From positions 1 to 64,000 of IMG/VR virus record IMGVR_UViG_3300050821_002122: a stretch of DNA of 64,000 nt. One strand, 5' to 3'. The position numbers were made by a program, and so were the translations under genes. Below the pieces are notes generated by a model that made no database searches, was not told where the DNA came from, and saw only the letters and a list, made by a program, of their open reading frames with translations. The DNA comes from a virus. Shown in pieces: positions 1 through 8,489 of this stretch; position 1 is the first letter of the stretch; every line of letters begins with the position of its first letter.

Positions 1-203
1 TCATTGGTGGTGGCGAACTCTACGCACACTACCTGAACAAGGCAGACCGCCTCATGCTCACAACCATCGAGTGCGACGCAGGTTGTGATACCTTCTTTCC
101 CACCATCGACCTCGAACGATGGAAGCGGATTAGCCTTGAGTCCTTCAAGGCTGACGAAAATAACCAATACGATTATTCCTACGCAACGTGGGTACGGCTA
201 TGA
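1..203 (+). CDS. folA: Dihydrofolate reductase, C-terminal part (5' truncated by window edge)
   Basis: Hand translation from nt 3 gives IGGGELYAHYLNKADRLMLTTIECDAGCDTFFPTIDLERW...YSYATWVRL*. IGGG.LY and DTFFP are DHFR hallmarks. Confidence 0.85.
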   Translation, partial: IGGGELYAHYLNKADRLMLTTIECDAGCDTFFPTIDLERWKRISLESFKADENNQYDYSYATWVRL

Positions 204-1015
204 GCAAGAACATCTGCATATGGCACGCAAACTGCCTCGACGGCTTCGGCTCAGCTACTGTCGTCAAGCTTGCTCTTAATGACTGCGATTTCTTTGAAGG
301 CATCTACGGCAATCCACCGCCGGATGTCAAGGACAAGCATGTCATCATGGTCGACTTCTCGTATCACCGTGAGGTGGTGGAAGCAATGCTGGAAGATTGT
401 GCTTCCATTATCATCATCGATCACCACAAGACGGCGATTGATCGCCTATCCACACTGATGCATCCGAAGCTGACCAAGCTGTTCGATCAGAAACACAGTG
501 GTGCGGTTCTGACATGGAAGACATTCTTCGCTGGTAAGCCAGTACCTCCTATTCTCCAGCATATACAAGACCGCGATCTGTGGCGCTTTGAGTTGCCTTG
601 GACGCGAGAGATATGTGCTTCATTGTACTCGCATGAATTCGACTTCGATCAGTGGTTGAAGTTTGACATCGAGATACTGCGCGTGGAGGGCATCGCTTTG
701 TGCCGCAACCAAGACAAGAGAGTCAAACAGCTAGTAGGAAGCAAAGAACGATGGATGGTTATCGGCGGTCAGTCAGTACCCGTAAGAAACTGTGGTGTTG
801 AGTACGCTTCCGATGTCGGGCATGCTTTGGCGCAAGGACAATCCTTCGCTGCTTGCTATTCCGATACCTCTGATAGCAGGGTCTTCAGCTTACGTTCCGA
901 TGACCAAGGTATGGACGTAGCGTTGGTTGCAGAGAAATACGAAGGTGGTGGCCACAAACATGCTGCTGGCTTCACTGTACCACTAACCAAGTTGGTGGAA
1001 CTCGGTCTCTTATAA
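200..1015 (+). CDS. DHH/DHHA1-family phosphoesterase
   Basis: Motifs HANCLDG, VDFS, IIIDHH and C-terminal GGGHKHAAGF. Start set at ATG 200, overlapping the DHFR stop (ATGA). Confidence 0.85.
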   Translation: MSKNICIWHANCLDGFGSATVVKLALNDCDFFEGIYGNPPPDVKDKHVIMVDFSYHREVVEAMLEDCASIIIIDHHKTAIDRLSTLMHPKLTKLFDQKHSGAVLTWKTFFAGKPVPPILQHIQDRDLWRFELPWTREICASLYSHEFDFDQWLKFDIEILRVEGIALCRNQDKRVKQLVGSKERWMVIGGQSVPVRNCGVEYASDVGHALAQGQSFAACYSDTSDSRVFSLRSDDQGMDVALVAEKYEGGGHKHAAGFTVPLTKLVELGLL

Positions 1016-1024
1016 AGGACTATC

Positions 1025-1489
1025 ATGCTACATACTTTATGGGTGGCCCAAGAACTTGCCGCCGCCAATCCGATTTGCATTTCAGATATTGTCATCACCG
1101 AATGGCCGCAATTCAAAGATATACCTACTGAATCTCGGCACGCTCGCGAAGCTCGATGGACGAAAGAACACCCAGGTCTGGCCATCGCTCGACATCAGCA
1201 GATTATGAACCGCTGCTTGAAAGTCTACACCGAGTTGTTCAATGGCATGACGGCAACCAAAGACATCCGTAACACGCCGGATGCAATGCTTGATGCTGCA
1301 CTGGTGCCCGTTATGGAAGAATTGGCGCTGTATCAAGTCCATGTTTCGCATCATTCAGTGTGGTTGGAGGACACCAAAGGTTGTAGTGACTACCTTGGTC
1401 TTACGGTCACTTACTCATGGGGAACGAAGTCGCATTCGTTCTCGATCTCCAATCTCAGCCCTTTAGAATATGCGCTCAGATTTAGTTAG
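1025..1489 (+). CDS. Hypothetical protein
   Basis: 154-aa ORF preceded by AAAGGA, co-oriented with its neighbours. Confidence 0.6.
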   Translation: MLHTLWVAQELAAANPICISDIVITEWPQFKDIPTESRHAREARWTKEHPGLAIARHQQIMNRCLKVYTELFNGMTATKDIRNTPDAMLDAALVPVMEELALYQVHVSHHSVWLEDTKGCSDYLGLTVTYSWGTKSHSFSISNLSPLEYALRFS

Positions 1490-1520
1490 CCCTGAGGTAG
1501 CTGAGCGGAGAGACAAGATA

Positions 1521-1775
1521 ATGCGTGAACTGACCGTACTTGTTTATTCCGAACATATCGACAAAGCAAAATGGAAAGTGGTAATAGCACCATCATCACT
1601 ATCGATCTGGTCACCAGGTCGTAAATACTGTTTGAAGATCGACTGCGCCTGCAACTTCATTCTGGAGGTACGCAAGGGCATCGAGTGTAAATCTAATACC
1701 TTCAGGTGCCAGACGCCTGAAGAGGCATGGAAGATGGCTTTCAGGGCCCTACGAACATACGAGGCACACATATGA
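1521..1775 (+). CDS. Hypothetical protein
   Basis: GGAG upstream of ATG 1521. Stop overlaps the next start (ATGA). Confidence 0.55.
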   Translation: MRELTVLVYSEHIDKAKWKVVIAPSSLSIWSPGRKYCLKIDCACNFILEVRKGIECKSNTFRCQTPEEAWKMAFRALRTYEAHI

Positions 1776-2242
1776 GACGCGATGAATTGCAGGTAATGAT
1801 TCAAAAGGAATTGGGTAAGTTTGTTGGTCAGAAGGCATCCGACAAACTGGAGAAGCGGATGCAGGATGCAGTAGATGACCTGTGTGTTGATCTGCGCAAG
1901 AAGAACATGTTGCCTCAGGCTGCTGGCGTTCTTATCTCCGGTGTTGATGTAGGCATTACAGGCGTTGGTGTGGTTGGCCTTAAATGCTGGCGCACCGAGT
2001 TCATCGTAGATATGTGGGGAGTCAACGCTGAACCAGATGCGATCCCTTTGGGCTACATGGGCGATATTCAACTCTATTTGATCGGTCAATACTTCTTTGC
2101 CCGGTCCTCTCGCTTCAAGGTGGAGAAATGGCACATGACCGACAAGTCCGATAGCATTCTTTTGCACACCATGGTCAAGCGTGCTTACGATCTAGGCTAT
2201 CGTTACGAACCACAAGGTATCGAGATCGATCTGAGGCATTGA
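1772..2242 (+). CDS. Hypothetical protein
   Basis: GAGG upstream, ATGA coupling to the previous gene, followed by a terminator. Confidence 0.6.
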   Translation: MRRDELQVMIQKELGKFVGQKASDKLEKRMQDAVDDLCVDLRKKNMLPQAAGVLISGVDVGITGVGVVGLKCWRTEFIVDMWGVNAEPDAIPLGYMGDIQLYLIGQYFFARSSRFKVEKWHMTDKSDSILLHTMVKRAYDLGYRYEPQGIEIDLRH

Positions 2243-2254
2243 ATACGTAGCACC

Positions 2255-2283
2255 AAAAGCCCGCTCTCGCAGTGGGCTTTTTT
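2255..2283 (+). terminator. Intrinsic terminator
   Basis: AAAAGCCC ... GGGCTTTT stem followed by a T run. Confidence 0.7.
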
Positions 2284-2306
2284 ACGTCTGTACAGCGTGG
2301 TAGCAT

Positions 2307-2314
2307 CAATTTTA
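2307..2314 (+). promoter_or_regulatory. Putative late-promoter box CAATTTTA
   Basis: Recurrent motif between the terminator and the start at 2333. Confidence 0.5.
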
Positions 2315-2332
2315 CTTCTTTAGGAGGCAATT

Positions 2333-3556
2333 ATGCCCTACAAGAATTCCTCAAATAACCGCATTCTGCCGGCTAATGCACGAGCATCTGATGTGGCATC
2401 GAAGGCCATTCAAGAGATTTTGCCAGTGCAGCAGGTGCGCAATATGTCGGCACATAGAGTGCAGGGATTTCCTTCAATACTCTACAACCGACTAACGCAG
2501 GGTCAGAAATGCACTTGCAATGCCAGCGACATCAAGTTGGGTACTCGCTTGGGTGAGGATGGCAAGGCTGCACCCGGTACTGTCAACGAACTGATTACTG
2601 GGGCACTGCATTTCAATGTCAGCCCCTATGGTTCGACTGGACCCAAAGATGACCCCTTCGATTCGGTCACTTCCCCACACGCGAACAACAAGTACCAAGG
2701 CACATTCGATAACGTAGGTCGTGAAGCTACCAGTCTGCCCACGCGTATCGAAGACAGTGAAGCGTTCGGCGATAATGGCCCCCTACAAGACTTCGACATA
2801 GAAGATATGGTCGGTGGTTTTGATACTGCCAACCTAGGCACTACTGATGCAACGTGCGCAGTATGCTTTGGCACTTCTTTCGTCGGTGGCTACGCACCTT
2901 TCCATGCACAGCGTATAGTATTGACCGTCGATAACGTGGAACTAGGTCTTTCGACTCTCAATCTCCTCAAGCACCCTTGGTCTGCCCGAGGCACTTCATT
3001 CTCTGCTCGTGTAGTGCTTCCCTACGGCGCAATTGGTGTCGATTCGTTCAAGGTTTACAACGGCCGCAAGATTGTACCTGCTAATTTTAGTGTGGATGCG
3101 CAGATAATCAACGCAGTGTCTGTGCTGGCATTTTGCGATGGCCGTCCTCATGACCTGGTTGCGTCTTTCGCTGGGGAGGTAGAATGGACTCATTTGGAGA
3201 TTCAATTCATCTTGAGTTCGGATTCGGCTTTCTTTGAATTCCCTAAGCTGAGTCAATCGGCCGACACGAACTTGCTTGAGAAAACTGAGCCATTCCAAAT
3301 CGTTATGGCATCGAATCTACCAAACCTGAAGGCAGAGGATGTGGTAGTCGAAAGTGTTTATGGGAAGGTCTTGGAAGTACAGACCGTTAACTGGTGGAAC
3401 GACAGAAACAGGAGTGTGTTAGGATGGGAGTGCCAGGTTAGACCAGTACAGCCACAGGAGCTTTACAATATACTGCCGCGACGTGGTCGTGTGCTGACCA
3501 AAACACCTACTTCAGTAGGAGTCCACGATAACATGCGTGGCACATTGAGGACATAA
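2333..3556 (+). CDS. Virion structural protein, possibly neck/head-closure type with Zn-binding Cys motifs
   Basis: CTC ... CAVCFGTSFVGGY motif, strong GGAGG RBS, first gene of the structural block. The neck assignment is inference. Confidence 0.5.
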   Translation: MPYKNSSNNRILPANARASDVASKAIQEILPVQQVRNMSAHRVQGFPSILYNRLTQGQKCTCNASDIKLGTRLGEDGKAAPGTVNELITGALHFNVSPYGSTGPKDDPFDSVTSPHANNKYQGTFDNVGREATSLPTRIEDSEAFGDNGPLQDFDIEDMVGGFDTANLGTTDATCAVCFGTSFVGGYAPFHAQRIVLTVDNVELGLSTLNLLKHPWSARGTSFSARVVLPYGAIGVDSFKVYNGRKIVPANFSVDAQIINAVSVLAFCDGRPHDLVASFAGEVEWTHLEIQFILSSDSAFFEFPKLSQSADTNLLEKTEPFQIVMASNLPNLKAEDVVVESVYGKVLEVQTVNWWNDRNRSVLGWECQVRPVQPQELYNILPRRGRVLTKTPTSVGVHDNMRGTLRT

Positions 3557-3557
3557 A

Positions 3558-4784
3558 ATGATTGAGATACCTAAGTTCCGCTACATGGATGATGTCCGCC
3601 GCTTCTTGGAGGGCATCGATAAAGAACTGGACGACAGCGGTAAGGTTCTGATTGAACAGCAGAAGCTCCTAGCCCGTCGGCTGCTGCCAGGTACCCCAGT
3701 TTCTGCCGTCATGGTTTTCAACGTAACACCAACAGATCGGAAAGATCAACTGTCTTTGGTCCGCAAGATGAAAACCAAGGTCGACCCATCGCTGACTAAG
3801 GTGGTGGTTCCGAACATGAAAAAGCTCGAAAGCCAGTACAACATGGCTGAAGACCTTTACGAGAAATTACGTGCCGTTGAGCAGGTGGAGACCCAGATGA
3901 GTCTGGCTTTCCCTGATCGTCGTGGTGAGCAGTTTGAGGCCACCATGCTTCAGATTTCCAAAATGAAGACCAAGATCGCCGACCAGCTGAAACTATGCCT
4001 GGGCTTTTTGTCGCAAGTCGCAGAAGCCCATGTGCCAGCGCAGTTCACCAAATACACGCAGATGATCGCCGACTTGGTCAACGAACATGTGATTTTCAAA
4101 GAGAGCCATCAGTTCCTATACGTGTCGGTTGATGCGAAAGGTAATCTGTTGTTCACCAACTACCTGATGCTTCAGGATGTTGCCAACGACAACGGTGAGA
4201 TTGCACCGCATCTGTATATCTCGGTACAGTGGAAGTTGGGCAAAGAACCGTCGATGACTGTCGATCTGAATCACGAGTATGAGGTGCCGAACAAGCTGAT
4301 CGGTGGTGGTGATGAAGTAGGTTCGGTAGGTGAAGCCGTTAAGGCAATCAGTGAAATGCTGGAGCTGGAAAACTTCAGTTCGGCTCTGGGTGTAGTGCCT
4401 TTGGCCTTGCAATTGAACGTCGATCCGACCTCGCTGAAACCCAACATTTTCTCCTACCGAGATATGATTGGCAAGATCGTGGTCGATGAACGCAGTATGG
4501 GATTCAGACTGCGTAAAGAAGTCAACAACCCAGCGTTGGTGACCGAAGTAGCCGCTCAGATTTACAAAGAGCTTAAGGCGTTGATGCGTACCAAAGACGT
4601 ACGCCTGACCATGAAGACCGAGAAGGTGAAGGGCATCTACACGCTTACCTTCACTTTCAACAAGATCGCACAGGGTGGTGAATTCAGCCACTACGATATG
4701 GAGTTCCTGCGCACCAAATTCGATCTGGATAATGCGCAACTTCGTAAGATCATGAACGTCATTAACAAGGGAAAAGAATCATGA
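3558..4784 (+). CDS. Hypothetical (probably virion) protein
   Basis: 408-aa ORF with a coiled-coil N-terminal half, within the structural operon. Confidence 0.6.
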   Translation: MIEIPKFRYMDDVRRFLEGIDKELDDSGKVLIEQQKLLARRLLPGTPVSAVMVFNVTPTDRKDQLSLVRKMKTKVDPSLTKVVVPNMKKLESQYNMAEDLYEKLRAVEQVETQMSLAFPDRRGEQFEATMLQISKMKTKIADQLKLCLGFLSQVAEAHVPAQFTKYTQMIADLVNEHVIFKESHQFLYVSVDAKGNLLFTNYLMLQDVANDNGEIAPHLYISVQWKLGKEPSMTVDLNHEYEVPNKLIGGGDEVGSVGEAVKAISEMLELENFSSALGVVPLALQLNVDPTSLKPNIFSYRDMIGKIVVDERSMGFRLRKEVNNPALVTEVAAQIYKELKALMRTKDVRLTMKTEKVKGIYTLTFTFNKIAQGGEFSHYDMEFLRTKFDLDNAQLRKIMNVINKGKES

Positions 4785-6280
4785 CCTTCGTCTTCAGTAA
4801 GGATGCTTTGACCGACACGATGGTTCAATGCGACGTCACCGACTTACTGAAGTTTGGTGAGACGCTGACCTCCATTGTACCTCAAGCAATCAGCCCAGTA
4901 ACCACACCAGCGCTGACTCTTAACCAAGTATCCGCCACCACCGATCCTGTGGTGGTACTTAACCTTTTCCAAGGTCAGGTTAATCTCAGCTACGGTTTTC
5001 AGTTGCTGATCACCACGTCTGCCCGAGTACTGACAGCGTTGGTTGCTGTGACCGTCACGCAGGACGTACAGGTTCCATACACGACCCAAAACCCAGAGGC
5101 AATTACTGATTTGGTCGACACCATTGAGAGTGGACAAGCCGCAATTGGTACCGCGGTGTTCTCGTTCCCGCCTGGTGTCGATCCTAGCGGTGGCTACGTC
5201 AACTGGGAATTCATGGATGTTCAAGGTGTGGTATATAGCTCCGGCAATGCCTTCGACTACCAAATCCAAAGTAACGGTCTTTCCAATACCGTGTTGGCGC
5301 GTGCGGTCATCAACATACCGTCGTCAACACCGGCCTCTGATGTGAACTCCAAGTATCAACTGCGGTACACGCTTACCCTCAATTCAGATTTGACCGATCA
5401 GCAGCAGTATTTCTCTGCCGAAAACGTAACGGTCATTGGTCTTACCACCGTACCTTTAGGTGTGCAAGATGCTGTTGAACTGCAGGGCACTACCGCCAAC
5501 ATGTCAATAGTGATTGAGAAGCTTTACGATACGGTCGCAGTCGAACTGTACCAAGATAATACCCTCATCGGTAGTACACCGGTAAAGGACTTCACGCGAG
5601 TTGGCAGCGGTTACTATTTCGCTGCGTCGTTCGATACGACTATGATACCAGCGTCGCTTGAAGCCTACACCGTGATTTGGAAATACTCGAATTCCAATGA
5701 ACCTAACTTGGTCTATACGGAGTCGGCCAATCTGTGGATCATAACACCTACCATCATGGGTGCGATCACCGACGTGAAGGCAAAGATCAATAAGGCCAGA
5801 ACCACTCTGTACGGACAGCCTGACATGCTGTTCCCACCAGAGACGGTCCTGTTGTGGCTTCGGCGAGGGAGAGATAACTTCAACAGTGGCCCTGGCGGCT
5901 TTACTACGTTTACCATGCTGAACGCAAAAGGTGGTGTACGCGAGTACTGGTTAATGTACACGGAGATGCTTGCCATAGAAGCGCAATACCTCGCTGAGGG
6001 CGAGAAGGCATTCAACTTCGCAGGCGCCGCTATAAGTTTGGACGTAGATCGCACTGGCTTCTTGGACAACGCGGCTAGCAAAATTCAGAGTCGCCTCGAC
6101 AATGAGTTCAAACCCTTTAAGCAAAACCTTATCATTAAAGGAAATACGTCCGGCGACGGCTCTGCTGATTTGTCGAAACTTCGGCAAGGTGCTTTGGGTT
6201 CGGTCGGTATCACGATTACGCCAGCATCGCCATGGGGTCCATACCGTTCCGGTCTGCCGTATCCGACAGTCAATCGCTAA
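4781..6280 (+). CDS. Putative head-tail adaptor/neck protein with N-terminal beta-rich (Ig-like) domains
   Basis: A beta-rich N-terminus precedes a helical C-terminal domain (ITDVKAKINK...LAIEAQYLAEGEKAFNF...ISLDVDR) resembling head-tail adaptors. Confidence 0.5.
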   Translation: MTFVFSKDALTDTMVQCDVTDLLKFGETLTSIVPQAISPVTTPALTLNQVSATTDPVVVLNLFQGQVNLSYGFQLLITTSARVLTALVAVTVTQDVQVPYTTQNPEAITDLVDTIESGQAAIGTAVFSFPPGVDPSGGYVNWEFMDVQGVVYSSGNAFDYQIQSNGLSNTVLARAVINIPSSTPASDVNSKYQLRYTLTLNSDLTDQQQYFSAENVTVIGLTTVPLGVQDAVELQGTTANMSIVIEKLYDTVAVELYQDNTLIGSTPVKDFTRVGSGYYFAASFDTTMIPASLEAYTVIWKYSNSNEPNLVYTESANLWIITPTIMGAITDVKAKINKARTTLYGQPDMLFPPETVLLWLRRGRDNFNSGPGGFTTFTMLNAKGGVREYWLMYTEMLAIEAQYLAEGEKAFNFAGAAISLDVDRTGFLDNAASKIQSRLDNEFKPFKQNLIIKGNTSGDGSADLSKLRQGALGSVGITITPASPWGPYRSGLPYPTVNR

Positions 6281-6291
6281 AGAGGCCTCGC

Positions 6292-7119
6292 ATGATTCCC
6301 CAGAAAGAAATAAATCTGGCCCTCAGTGGGTCAGGCTTCAAATTTCCCGCACACGTTGGCGCATTATTTGCTTTGGTCAACGCTGGTCTCAAACCCACCG
6401 ACCTGGCAGCAACCAGTGGTGGTAGTATCATTGCCGCACTGTATGCTACAGGCATGTATTCAGTAATCCAGCTACGCGATCTGGCAATGAACAATAATTG
6501 GTCCGCGATGCTGCGCCCTTCACCTTTGCTGTGGCCTTCTTTGAGCTACTGCAATGGCACAAATCTACACAAGTGGTTGCTGAAAATGACTAAAGGCATG
6601 ACGTTCGCCGATCTGGAAAATGACCTGATTATCATGGCGTCCGACATTGGTCACGAAGCACCATTTGAATTCAGCAAATTTTCCACACCGAAGACACGTA
6701 TTGCTGACGCAGTAAGGGCATCGACCGCAATACCTTTCGTGTACTCACCATATATCTACGAACCAATGTTCGAGGGTATTCAGTTGGCCGACGGTGGCCT
6801 TTGCAATAACATATCAATCGATAAGCTGAGTAGCAAGAACCCTCGCCTGGGTATTCAGCTGGTTGCAAACGACTCGACAACCGTAACACCACTGAATCGT
6901 GCTGGTCATCTGCTGAACCTGATGATGAATGCGTCGGAGGCAGCACACATCGACATCGCAGAGTTGAGTGGTGCTGAAGTTGTGTTTGTCGAAACAGGCT
7001 ATGCAAGTGGCTTGGATCGTAACATGGCAAATGGTATTCGCAGCCGCCTGTTCAACGCGGGTGTCGATGCAGTGCAGCCCTTTATCAAAACTCATAGCTT
7101 GGACCGGAGACAGCCATGA
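6292..7119 (+). CDS. Patatin-like phospholipase
   Basis: LALSGSG (oxyanion loop), ATSGG (nucleophile Ser elbow), ASTAIP and ADGG (catalytic Asp). Start set at 6292 after GAGG. Confidence 0.9.
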   Translation: MIPQKEINLALSGSGFKFPAHVGALFALVNAGLKPTDLAATSGGSIIAALYATGMYSVIQLRDLAMNNNWSAMLRPSPLLWPSLSYCNGTNLHKWLLKMTKGMTFADLENDLIIMASDIGHEAPFEFSKFSTPKTRIADAVRASTAIPFVYSPYIYEPMFEGIQLADGGLCNNISIDKLSSKNPRLGIQLVANDSTTVTPLNRAGHLLNLMMNASEAAHIDIAELSGAEVVFVETGYASGLDRNMANGIRSRLFNAGVDAVQPFIKTHSLDRRQP

Positions 7120-7331
7120 AAATCGAGGCAGCTAACCGCCTGGTTGCAACCAAACTTGACCGCAGTTCATCAAAAGCCGAACGCAACCAAAATGAAATGA
7201 ACAGCATAAAGACGCTGTTGAAAAATCAAGAAGCCATACTAAAACGGGAAAAGGACCCAACACTGCGTAAGAAATCGCAGGCTAAAATAGATACCTTGAA
7301 GCAAAAACTTCAAGAATTGGGGGCAAAATGA
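7116..7331 (+). CDS. Small basic coiled-coil protein with MKIEAA leader
   Basis: Begins MKIEAANRLVA. Lys/Glu-rich and helical. Confidence 0.75.
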   Translation: MKIEAANRLVATKLDRSSSKAERNQNEMNSIKTLLKNQEAILKREKDPTLRKKSQAKIDTLKQKLQELGAK

Positions 7332-7492
7332 AAATCGAGGCGGCCCAGCGTCTTAGGGCAGACAAGAAAGAACTGCATGACCGTATGCGGGACCTGAAGC
7401 ATTCACTTGAATCGACAACTGATCCTGAAGAGAAAGCCCGCATACAGAAAACCATAGCTGATCTGAAAGAGATCATTCGTACATCCATCTAA
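7328..7492 (+). CDS. 54-aa coiled-coil protein with MKIEAA leader (not in ORF track)
   Basis: Hand translation MKIEAAQRLRADKKELHDRMRDLKHSLESTTDPEEKARIQKTIADLKEIIRTSI*. ATGA overlap with the upstream gene. Confidence 0.75.
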   Translation: MKIEAAQRLRADKKELHDRMRDLKHSLESTTDPEEKARIQKTIADLKEIIRTSI

Positions 7493-7502
7493 GGAGAGGC
7501 AA

Positions 7503-7763
7503 ATGAAGATCGAAGCTGCTGCACGCCTACGCGCCGAGAAGTGGTCGCAACCTGTAACCGAAGATGTCAAAGAGCATCCACCGGAAGGCCTGTTCAAGAA
7601 ATCGGCTGATGCAATCGCCAAAGGCCTGAAGAAGCTGCACCCAGACTTGAAGTCGGCAATGTCTGCATTGAACTTCTACATAAACCGTGGCGGTGAGGAC
7701 GTACCGAACAAAGAGAATCTGGAGAAAGCCAAAGAGAAGCTGCGCAAACTCTACGGAGAATAA
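7503..7763 (+). CDS. DUF3175-like small protein with MKIEAA leader
   Basis: MKIEAAARLRA, then SAMSALNFYINRGG...LEKAKEKLRKLYG, a pattern I recognise as DUF3175-like. Confidence 0.7.
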   Translation: MKIEAAARLRAEKWSQPVTEDVKEHPPEGLFKKSADAIAKGLKKLHPDLKSAMSALNFYINRGGEDVPNKENLEKAKEKLRKLYGE

Positions 7764-7764
7764 C

Positions 7765-8154
7765 ATGAGCGATGAACATGAAATGAAGGCAGTCGGTACC
7801 AAGCTGATGATGTCCGACGCGGGTTACACCCTCTTTCACTGCCCAGCATGTAACAGCAAGCATGCGCTGTCGGTTGCACAGCCTAACGGTTGGGCGTGGA
7901 ACGGTTCTGGTGATGCACCCATTTTCAGTCCCTCTATTGGCGTCTCTGGCTCTGAAGTCGTGCGCGATGCCGCTGGCAACTGGACTGGTGAGTGGGTACG
8001 CGACGCTGCTGGTGAACCAGTACCTTCCTACTGCCATTCGTTTATTGGTTCCAGTGATGGCTCGACGCCTGGTCGTATTCAGTTCCTAGGTGATTGTACG
8101 CACTCTATGGCCAATCAGCTGGTAGACCTTCCAGACTTTCCGGTGGAGGTATGA
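7765..8154 (+). CDS. DUF6527-like protein
   Basis: HCPAC..H, W.WNG...P.FSPSI, CHSFI and GRIQFLGDCTH. Start set at ATG 7765. Confidence 0.65.
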   Translation: MSDEHEMKAVGTKLMMSDAGYTLFHCPACNSKHALSVAQPNGWAWNGSGDAPIFSPSIGVSGSEVVRDAAGNWTGEWVRDAAGEPVPSYCHSFIGSSDGSTPGRIQFLGDCTHSMANQLVDLPDFPVEV

Positions 8155-8489
8155 AGATCGAAGCCGCCCGTAGGCTTCATGCCTACGATAGCAAATGGTC
8201 GCAGAAGGTAGAAAAAGACATCAACATCAAGAACCAAGGTAAACCAGAGTTGAATGATGTTGGTCCGGATGCGGCTTTATTCAAGATGCAGCCCTCCGAA
8301 TTGGCCCGCACTCTAAAGAACAGGTACAAGGACGACTTCAAGGCAGCCATGTCGGCCATTTCGTTCTACGTGAATCGCGCTGGTAAGAAGCTTCTGTCGC
8401 CGGATAAGAATCGGCTCGACAAAGCTAAAGAAGAGTTGCGCAAACTTTATGGGAAATCAGATGAAGATAGAGGCAGCCAAGCGCCTTAA
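8151..8489 (+). CDS. DUF3175-like protein with MKIEAA leader (paralog of 7503)
   Basis: GGAGG RBS, MKIEAARRLHA, AAMSAISFYVNRAGKKL...LDKAKEELRKLYG. Confidence 0.7.
   Translation: MKIEAARRLHAYDSKWSQKVEKDINIKNQGKPELNDVGPDAALFKMQPSELARTLKNRYKDDFKAAMSAISFYVNRAGKKLLSPDKNRLDKAKEELRKLYGKSDEDRGSQAP

Noticed and set aside
6232-8460. Upstream-extended starts given by the ORF track (e.g. 6232, 7687, 8094, 8449; also 9764, 21423, 26544, 32500)
   Set aside because: Downstream ATGs have better RBSs, ATGA coupling, or begin exactly at the shared leader.
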